DNA of 12,389 bases, taken from the NCBI GenBank assembly GCA_031409335.1, contig JANNWY010000257.1:1-12389 (forward strand). The letters run 5' to 3'. Source of the stretch: Chthoniobacteraceae bacterium. Its GTDB lineage: Bacteria > Verrucomicrobiota > Verrucomicrobiia > Chthoniobacterales > Chthoniobacteraceae. Positions 1 to 7,163 of the stretch are shown in pieces. Position 1 is the first letter of the stretch, and every line of letters starts with the position of its first letter. A program made the translations under genes and the position numbers. Under the pieces are notes generated by a model that did no database searches, was not told where the DNA came from, and worked only from the letters and a program-made list of their open reading frames with translations.

Positions 1-154
1 GGTTTTTGAGCCTTCGGGCGGCGCTGGCGGGGGTGAGGTTGAAGGCTTTGGCTTCATCATACGGCTGGCCGCTGACGATGGCTCCCCAGGTGATTCGGGC
101 GAGTTTATGCGCTCCGGCTACGATGCCTTCGGCTTGGCCAAGCCGCCCTTTAAG
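1..154 (-). pseudogene. IS110-family transposase, C-terminal remnant (5'-truncated, runs off the window)
   Basis: Manual translation of the minus strand from 154 gives LKGRLGQAEGIVAGAHKLARITWGAIVSGQPYDEAKAFNLTPASAARRLKN. This matches the IS110 C-terminal 'RLG..AI.A.AHKLARI.Y..L..G.PYDE' pattern. The resemblance stops at about 155, and there is no start codon nearby. Confidence 0.8.
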
Positions 155-164
155 TGGAGCGAGA

Positions 165-182
165 GTCAGTCTGTGAATCTCG
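165..182 (+). repeat. Left 18-bp inverted repeat arm
   Basis: GTCAGTCTGTGAATCTCG, ending 47 nt before the transposase ATG. Confidence 0.92.
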
Positions 183-229
183 ATGTTTTCCTTGGACACG
201 GACCGACGAGGCTGGCTAGAAAACGATCC

Positions 230-1214
230 ATGGCTCGCAAAGCCCGCGTTGAATTTGAGGCTGCCGTTTACCATGTCCTTGATCGCGGTGATCGGCGGGA
301 GGCGATCTTCCGCGATGACACTGATCGCGAGCGCTTTCTCGCGACCTTGGGAGAGGCGTGTGCGCGCACGGGTTGGCGCGTGCATGCTTTTGTTTTGATG
401 AGCAATCGCTACCACCTGCTCATCCAGACCCCGCACGCCAATCTGGTGGCGGGCATGCGCTGGTTCCAAACGACGTGGACGGTGCGCTTCAACCGGCGGC
501 ACCGGCTCAGCGGGCATCTTTTATCAGGGCCGATATAAAGCGGTGATCGTGGATGCTCAGGAGCGCGGTTATTTTGCGACCCTGAGCGACTACATTCATT
601 TGAATCCCATCCGTGCCCGGATGGTGAGTCTGGATGAGCGGTTGTATGACTATCGGTGGAGCAGTTACCCGTGGTATGCGGCCAAGGCCGGGCGTCCGGT
701 CTGGTTTGCAGCGGATTGGGTGCTGGCGGAATTGCAACTGGAAGATAACGCGAAGGGCCGGCGACTTTATGCGGAGAGGATGCGGGATCGTGCGGTGGTG
801 GAACTCAGCGAGCCGGAATCGCCCACGCTTGCCGAGTTGCGGCGTGGCTGGTGCCTCGGAGGCGCAGGTTTTCGGGAAAGAATGCTGGGAATGCTGGAGG
901 CGACCGGGGAGAAACTGCGGCGCGGGCACGAGATCGACGCGCCGGTGCGGCGCAGCCACGGAGAGGATGAAGCCTGCCGTTTGCTGGAAGTCGGATTAAA
1001 GGCATTCGGGATGAGCCGCGAAGAATTGCCTGCCCTGAAAAAAGGAGATGAGCGCAAGATTGCGTTCGCCGCCGCCATCCGCAGCCGGACCAGTGTGCCG
1101 AATGCGTGGATCGCGCGGGAACTCCACCTTGGACATGTGAGCCGGGTGAGCCGCTGTCTGCAAAACGCCTCCGGAAAACTAACCCGGATCGTGATTTCCA
1201 AACTTGAAAAATGA
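230..1214 (+). pseudogene. REP-associated tyrosine transposase (RAYT-like, Y1 HUH family) with C-terminal HTH-like extension; +1 frameshift at about 519-523
   Basis: The N-part reads MARKARVEFEAAVYHVLDRGDRREAIFRDDTDRERFL...VHAFVLMSNRYHLL...FNRRHRLSGHL. Removing one base restores GHL(F/Y)QGRYKAVIVD and fuses it to ORF 543-1214 (LSDYIHLNP catalytic Tyr at 591-593, YRWSSY, WIARELHLGH). The reconstructed product is 327 aa. The HUH motif reads R-Y-H. Confidence 0.9.
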
Positions 1215-1215
1215 G

Positions 1216-1233
1216 CGAGATTCACAGACTGAC
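1216..1233 (-). repeat. Right 18-bp inverted repeat arm
   Basis: CGAGATTCACAGACTGAC begins 1 nt after the transposase TGA (1212-1214). Confidence 0.92.
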
Positions 1234-1244
1234 CCTGCTTTCCT

Positions 1245-1436
1245 GTGACCGCCAATCGCGCCTTTCTGCTCAATATCGCACGCGCAACCGGCAAATGTTA
1301 CTTCCCGGTGACCAGCAACAACCTGAGCGATTGGAGGCAAATCGCCGCCGCCGCGTTAGGCACTGGGCAGACGTTCACGTTCTTACTGCCGCTCGATAAC
1401 CGGGATCGTGGTTTCTTCTCAATCTTCGCTTGGTAG
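1245..1436 (+). pseudogene. Probable orphan C-terminal domain of a secreted protein
   Basis: GKCYFPVTSNNLSDWRQI...GTGQTFTFLLPLDNRDRGFFSIFAW* resembles the 'G..Y....S.DL..W......GTG...........FF/Y' tails of verrucomicrobial secreted proteins. The frame closes upstream at TGA 1230-1232 inside the right IR. No signal peptide or RBS is present. Confidence 0.45.
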
Positions 1437-1504
1437 CTACTCGCGGGAGGTAAGCGAACTGATACCGCCGGAACATCACCTGAAGTCGCCTGATTCTGGG
1501 GGAA

Positions 1505-2314
1505 CTACGGTTTCGGAGCGGGGCGGATGTCGTCGTAGCGGTCCACCTTGAAACCATCCGAACGCCGGATCGCGCTTGGGCGGGCGCTCGGCGTCGTGCC
1601 GTCATTGGTCACCAGTCCGGTTTGCGGCGTGGCGTAGGTTTTTGCGCGGGAAAATGTGGTCATCGGGGTGTATTCGCGTGGGCCGGGGAGGACGGGCGGG
1701 GCTTCGACCGGGAAGGTATCGACTGGCACGGTGGCCACGCGGGCGGGGCTGGCGACGACGGGATGCGCGGCGATGAACCGGCTTGGCACCCAATACACTG
1801 ACTCGTCTCGCGGATGGCTGCTCCGATACATGCCGACGGTGATGTTTTTGCGCAACTCGAAATGCAGGTGCGCGGCGTATTGGCCGCGGTTGTTGCCGAT
1901 CGTCCCGATCTTTTGCCCGCGGGTCACGGCATCGCCCTTGTTTACGAGGATCTGGTGAAGGTGCCCGTAGAGCGAGTCGATGTAGTTGAGCGCGCCATTC
2001 TCGACGTAGGCGTGACGCACGATCACGACATTCCCCCACCCCATTTTGTAATCCTGCGCGAACACCACGACGCCGTGCGCCGTGCAAGTCACCGGATCGC
2101 CGAGATCCGTGTCGCCGCCGCCCTCGCCGTTCCAGTCTTCGCCGAGATGGCCATTCACGCGGAAGCCGCGCGCCACGTAATAATTCTTCGCGCCATCCTT
2201 CCCGACCGGACATTCAAAACCATCCGCGAGACGCACCGACGCGGTCGGGGCATCCGCGGCGAGCGCGGTGGTCAGGAGGGTGATTGTTGCGACACCAAAA
2301 TTCGTCCATCGCAT
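1505..2314 (-). CDS. M23 family metallopeptidase (peptidoglycan hydrolase) with signal peptide and Pro/Thr-rich tail
   Basis: Has the HxxxD motif (HLGED), GWGNVVIVRH, SLYGHL, VTRGQKIG and the HxH motif (HLHFE). A signal peptide ends at ALA|A. Confidence 0.93.
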   Translation of the reverse strand: MRWTNFGVATITLLTTALAADAPTASVRLADGFECPVGKDGAKNYYVARGFRVNGHLGEDWNGEGGGDTDLGDPVTCTAHGVVVFAQDYKMGWGNVVIVRHAYVENGALNYIDSLYGHLHQILVNKGDAVTRGQKIGTIGNNRGQYAAHLHFELRKNITVGMYRSSHPRDESVYWVPSRFIAAHPVVASPARVATVPVDTFPVEAPPVLPGPREYTPMTTFSRAKTYATPQTGLVTNDGTTPSARPSAIRRSDGFKVDRYDDIRPAPKP

Positions 2315-2323
2315 AGGAGTTGG

Positions 2324-2353
2324 AAATTACGCAATTACCACGACCGTCGGCAA
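2324..2353 (-). promoter_or_regulatory. Candidate sigma70-type promoter for the M23 gene
   Basis: The minus strand reads TTGCCG-N18-TAATTT, with the -10 box ending 9 nt before the ATG at 2314. It lies in an AT-rich 44-bp gap. Confidence 0.5.
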
Positions 2354-2358
2354 CTCTG

Positions 2359-3161
2359 TTATCGCGCGAACAGTAGGAGCGCGACCGCGAGCGCGATGCG
2401 ATAGACGCCGAAGCTCACGAACGTGTGGCTTTCCACGAAGCGCAGCAGCCACTTCACGGCGACGAAGGAAACCGCCGCGGACACCAGCGTCGCGATGATG
2501 AGCGGGCTCCACAAAATCGTCTCGTGCGCTTTCCACGCATCCAGCGAGGTCTTCGCGCCTGCGGCGAAAAGCGTGGGAATTCCCAGTAGGAACGAAAACT
2601 CGACGGCTGGTCCGCGCGCCAGGCCAAGAATCAGCGCCAAAATAATCGTCGCCCCCGATCGCGACGTGCCGGGAAAAGCGACGGCGAGGCATTGCGCGAG
2701 TCCGAACGCGACGGCCAGCACCCACGTGATTTCCGCAGTGCCGCGCCGCCCTTTCAGCCAAAACTCCACGGCGACGAACAGCAAGCCGCCGATCAGCAGC
2801 GCCAGCGCCACTGGCTGTACGGAATCGGGCAGTTCCAGCCCGGCCTTTTTCAACGTGAGCGCGCCCACGACGGTGATCGCGAATGCGACCGCCATTTTCA
2901 GGAAATAGCCGCGCACTTCGGGATCGCGCCACTTCGCGAGGGTCGCGAGGCGTTTGCGAAAAAGCGGGAGCGCGGCCGCCATCGCACCGCACTGGACCAC
3001 GGAGTTGAACAGCTCGCCGCCGAAAAACGTCCCGGCCAATGGCTTGCCATCGAGCGTCAGCCAGTGCTCGGTCAAAACCAGATGTCCCGTCGAGGAAACG
3101 GGGATGAATTCAGTAAGTCCTTCTACAAAGCCGAGGATGACGGCGATCAGCCAGGCGGGCA

Positions 3162-3162
<1 letters not shown>
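2359..3162 (-). CDS. uppP: Undecaprenyl-diphosphate phosphatase (BacA/UppP)
   Basis: Contains the signature motifs GFVEGLTEFIPVSSTGHL, PGTSRSGATI, EFSFLLGIP and FGVYRI. It is 267 aa and multi-TM, with a GTG start overlapping the glnB stop. Confidence 0.97.
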
Positions 3163-3512
<350 letters not shown>

Positions 3513-3528
3513 CTAGCGGCAGCTTGAG

Positions 3529-3543
3529 GCAAGGCAAGCGCCA
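3529..3543 (-). promoter_or_regulatory. Candidate sigma54 (-24/-12) promoter upstream of glnB
   Basis: The minus strand reads TGGCGCTTGCCTTGC, an exact GG-N10-GC spacing (TGGC..N..TTGC) ending 28 nt before the glnB ATG. Confidence 0.5.
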
Positions 3544-3572
3544 GATTCCGCCGCGAGCCTTGCGCCAGGAAG

Positions 3573-5129
3573 TCAGCCTTTTGCCCTGACGAGGTAGAGC
3601 CGGGCAAGTCCGTCCTGGCGGATGCCGTCGCGGATCACCGGCGACGTGGATATTTCCCAGAAGCGGTCCGAGTTTTCGCGCAGCACGCGGCGCAGCGTTT
3701 GATGATGGGATGCGCGATCCAGGCCGGGGTTCGATTCGTCGAAGACGATGTAGTCAAAGCGCTGGCTGACGAGGCGCTGCGCGAGTTCCTCGTCGCCGGC
3801 GAATTCCGTGTTGGCAAACAATGTGTCCGCCCGCGCGATCGTCCTGCCGGGCTGCGTTTCACTCATCGCGATTTCGGCGATGAACATGCCGTCGCCGACG
3901 CGATCGGAGCAGATCAGCACGCGCGCCTGCGCACGTTCATCGGCCTCGATGATTTCGTCGGCGAGCGGGCGGAATCCGCTCCACTCCTTCGCATTCCACG
4001 CCATGAAGACGCGCTCGAAAAGCGCGACCGTCAGCACGCCGACGATGAGCAGGACGAATGCGGGCGAGCGCCGAAAACGCTTTGCGACGAGGGCGCATCC
4101 GGCGACTGCAAACATGATGACGGGCGGAACTGCCGGCAGCAGGTGAAGTGGATCGAGGGCGGCTGGCGCGACGATGGCAAAGAGCACGGTGGCGGCGAGC
4201 AGCGCGAGGGCGGCGGCCCATTTTGCCGGGCGTTCCGCGGGCCGCAGACACTGTGCGACGAGGATGGGAGCCGCGAACGCCACGATGCCGATGCCGCACG
4301 CGGTGGCGAGTCGTGTCGCGTAAAACGGCAGCGCCGCGCGGGTGAAATCAAGCGACACGCGCGACCCATCCGGCGTGTGAAAATGCCACGCGAGCGGACC
4401 GGCGAGAAGGCCGGCGAGCGCGATGCCGGACCAGAACGGCGTGGCACCGGTCAGACGCCATTTTTTGGAAAAGAGCAGCGCGAGTGGAACGAACAGCACC
4501 AGCGCGAGGCCCATCCCATCGGTCAGAATCGCGAGCGCTGCGAGCCCGCCGAAGCACAGGGCGTCGGCTGGCTTTTCACGTTCGAGGAAACGCCCGAACG
4601 CCAGCGCCGCGGCGAACATCCAGACCGTGCAAAGCATGGCTGGCAGGGCGATCGAATAGTGTTCGCGCACCAGCGGCAGCGACAGGAAGATCGCCACCGC
4701 GACGATCCCCGCGGCGTCGCCAAACTCATCGCGCAACGCGCGGTGCAACAACCATCCGACGACGGCGGCGAGCAGGCACATCAGGAGCATGATCGCCGTG
4801 CGCGACTTGCCAAATGCCGAAATCCACGCGGCCTGCACGATGGGCTGGAGCGGTGGCCACGCTGCGGGGCGGACGATCGGATAGTGCAAGGCGAAACGCG
4901 CGATGGATGACCGCGGGTCACTCCCGATTTCGTGCGCGAGGTAATGCTGGACGGCGAGGCCGGTGACGTAGTGGGCCGCTTCCTCGGGATGGCCGCCCAG
5001 CTCGCTCACATTCGTGGCGGCCCTGCGCTGCCACAGGAATGCGAGATCGAAGCCGATCACGAACACGATTGCCGCGATCACCCAGGCGCGGGCTCGGGCG
5101 TTTTTTACTGGGTTGAGTTCAGGCGTCAT
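3573..5129 (-). CDS. GT-C fold membrane glycosyltransferase (PMT/ArnT-like, family 39/83-like)
   Basis: An N-terminal TM is followed by an acidic loop motif (GGHPEEAAHY), then WPPL, many TM helices, an 'HLLPAVPP' motif and a periplasmic C-terminal domain. It overlaps the upstream gene by ATGA at 5126-5129. Confidence 0.75.
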   Translation of the reverse strand: MTPELNPVKNARARAWVIAAIVFVIGFDLAFLWQRRAATNVSELGGHPEEAAHYVTGLAVQHYLAHEIGSDPRSSIARFALHYPIVRPAAWPPLQPIVQAAWISAFGKSRTAIMLLMCLLAAVVGWLLHRALRDEFGDAAGIVAVAIFLSLPLVREHYSIALPAMLCTVWMFAAALAFGRFLEREKPADALCFGGLAALAILTDGMGLALVLFVPLALLFSKKWRLTGATPFWSGIALAGLLAGPLAWHFHTPDGSRVSLDFTRAALPFYATRLATACGIGIVAFAAPILVAQCLRPAERPAKWAAALALLAATVLFAIVAPAALDPLHLLPAVPPVIMFAVAGCALVAKRFRRSPAFVLLIVGVLTVALFERVFMAWNAKEWSGFRPLADEIIEADERAQARVLICSDRVGDGMFIAEIAMSETQPGRTIARADTLFANTEFAGDEELAQRLVSQRFDYIVFDESNPGLDRASHHQTLRRVLRENSDRFWEISTSPVIRDGIRQDGLARLYLVRAKG

Positions 5130-7003
5130 GGCTGGGGCGGGCGGGCGGAGCGTGGTTGCACGCGCATTTCGCGGAGGCGGGCGGAGGCGAGTCCACCGGG
5201 CTGTTCGAGCTCCGCGGCCCGCCGGTAGTGCGGTTCAGCTTCGCCGAGGTTGCCTTGCATTTCAAAATGCCGGCCATACTCGAAGTGCGCGTCCAGCGAG
5301 TTCGGATCGGCTTCGATCGCCTTTTGAAACGCGGCGCGCGCCTCGGTGAACCGCCGTTGCGAATCGTACGCGCGCCCGAGCGAGAGCAGCAGCCGCAGGT
5401 CGTGCGGCGAAAGTGCGAGGCCGGCGCGCAATGCCTCGAGCGCTTCGGTGGGCTCGATCGACGATTCATCCGGGTCGGCCACCCGCGCGAGGAGGCGGCG
5501 GCTTTCGCCGAGCAGGGAGAAGAGATTCGGATTCTTTTTCTCGACCGCGATTCCGCTCACTGCGTAGCGCGCCGCCAGTTCGTAGTCTTCCGAGTGGAAC
5601 GCGCGCGCCGCATATTCCGCGTAGAATTCACCCTCGACGCGCGGCGCTCCCACCACGAGCAGATAGAGCCCGATGACGGGCGCGAGAAATCGCAACCAGT
5701 GGACCGCCAGCGTCGGTGCGGCGCTTTCCTCCGGCAGCAAAGTCTCGATCGTCGGCGAGGCCAGGATGCTGAAGAAAAACGCGACGACGAGCGCATTGCC
5801 GGGGACGTGCAGATTGCTGTCGAACAGCGAATGCGCGAGCAGCGCGGCGATGGCCGGGATCGCGCCGAGGAGCAGCGCGAGTTCGTTGTTCAAAACTCCC
5901 CAACCCACATCCTCGACCTCGGCGAGGATGCGCCGGATGCCGCCGAGTCCATTCCAAAAATGGATGCCCACAAAGAACGCCAGCGCGACCGCCCCGACGA
6001 TTCCGTATTCGCACAGCAATTCGAGGTAGTCGTTCTGAACGTGGGTCGCGTCACGCGCGACCGATTCGACGCGGAGACGCGGACCGTGAATCTGATAGCT
6101 GCCGCTGCCCGTGCCGACGAGCGGCGACATCGCGAACTGTTTCAGCGCGGCGTCCCACATCGTCAGACGCGAGTTCAGCGACTGGTTCATCTCAACCTCC
6201 AGGCGGTTGAACAGCGCGTGGCTTTTCGACATCAGCGCCCCACCGCCGCCGATCGCCGCGCTAAAGAGCATGATCACCGCGACGAGCGTCGGCCAGAAAT
6301 TCGCCGGGCGAAGCCTGCGCACCACGTAAAGACTGAGCGCGGAGAAGACGACGAGGCCCGCGAGCAAACTCACGTAACCGCCGCGGCTGCCCGTCAGCAC
6401 CACGCCGATGAAACACGCCAGCGCCGCGTACCCCGCGGCCATGCGCGCGACGAGCCGCCAGTTCGACCAGCACGCGAGCGACACCGCCATCACACCGAGC
6501 ATCTCGAGCAGGCCGGCGAGGTGATTTGGATTCAGGTAAAACCCACTCGCCCGCCCCGGATATTCCTCCCGCTCGATCGTCGGGCTGAAAAACATGTCTT
6601 GCCCGCCGCGAAACTGCACCACGCCGCGCGCGAGATGCGCCGCCGCAAACACGAGCAGGATCACGATCAGCACAAATCTCGCGCGCGCCGCCGACAGGAA
6701 AAGCGAACACAGCAAATAGACCGTCAACGCCGCCAGCGTCATGAAAAGATCGTGGCGCGCGAGGTAATCGACCGGCGAAAAATAACCGCGCACCACGATC
6801 ACGCCGGCCAGCAGGATCGCCGCCCCCAGGCACCGCGCCCGCGCGCCCGCCGACACCCGCCGCGCCGGCTCGAACAGACTGCACAGCGCGGCGAGGCCGA
6901 TCACCCCGCAAGCTGGCAGCGCGTACAGCAGTTTCATCCCGCCGATACCCGCCTGCGCGGCAGCGATGCCTAGGGCCAAAAGTACGATGATGAGATAGGG
7001 CAA
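5126..7003 (-). CDS. O-antigen ligase (Wzy_C/WaaL-like) family protein with C-terminal TPR repeats
   Basis: Motifs RASGFYLNPNHLAG, TGSRGG, R..MW..AL....PLVGTGSG and HVQNDYLELLCEYG, with TPR-like repeats (EARAAFQKAIEADPNSLDAHFEYG..., EAEPHYRRAAELE). It starts at TTG, so the exact start is uncertain. Confidence 0.9.
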   Translation of the reverse strand: MPYLIIVLLALGIAAAQAGIGGMKLLYALPACGVIGLAALCSLFEPARRVSAGARARCLGAAILLAGVIVVRGYFSPVDYLARHDLFMTLAALTVYLLCSLFLSAARARFVLIVILLVFAAAHLARGVVQFRGGQDMFFSPTIEREEYPGRASGFYLNPNHLAGLLEMLGVMAVSLACWSNWRLVARMAAGYAALACFIGVVLTGSRGGYVSLLAGLVVFSALSLYVVRRLRPANFWPTLVAVIMLFSAAIGGGGALMSKSHALFNRLEVEMNQSLNSRLTMWDAALKQFAMSPLVGTGSGSYQIHGPRLRVESVARDATHVQNDYLELLCEYGIVGAVALAFFVGIHFWNGLGGIRRILAEVEDVGWGVLNNELALLLGAIPAIAALLAHSLFDSNLHVPGNALVVAFFFSILASPTIETLLPEESAAPTLAVHWLRFLAPVIGLYLLVVGAPRVEGEFYAEYAARAFHSEDYELAARYAVSGIAVEKKNPNLFSLLGESRRLLARVADPDESSIEPTEALEALRAGLALSPHDLRLLLSLGRAYDSQRRFTEARAAFQKAIEADPNSLDAHFEYGRHFEMQGNLGEAEPHYRRAAELEQPGGLASARLREMRVQPRSARPPQP

Positions 7004-7163
7004 AACGACGGGGAGCGGGGCACCGCGCGGATAGGTGAGGCGGGGAATGTCGCAGAGTCAAGAAGCGGCGGGCGTTCTTTCGCTTTGGCATCGCCCCGCC
7101 CACGGGTTCTAAGTGGCGCGTGCCACATTCCCACGAAGCAATCCGATCGCGCCTCCGCCCGAG

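Larger units (their letters stand above)
165..1233. mobile_element. RAYT/Y1-transposase element bounded by 18-bp perfect inverted repeats
   Basis: GTCAGTCTGTGAATCTCG (165-182) is the exact reverse complement of CGAGATTCACAGACTGAC (1216-1233). The two arms enclose only the transposase gene. No target-site duplication is visible. Confidence 0.8.

Noticed and set aside
107..229. 41-aa N-terminal extension of the transposase ORF
   Set aside because: It runs through the IS110 remnant and the left IR. The family-typical start is MARK at 230.
5156..6973. 605-aa plus-strand ORF (also 3699-4910 +, 6261-8108 -, 9761-10843 +, 1814-2404 +)
   Set aside because: These are antisense shadows of well-supported genes in high-GC DNA with no recognisable motifs.
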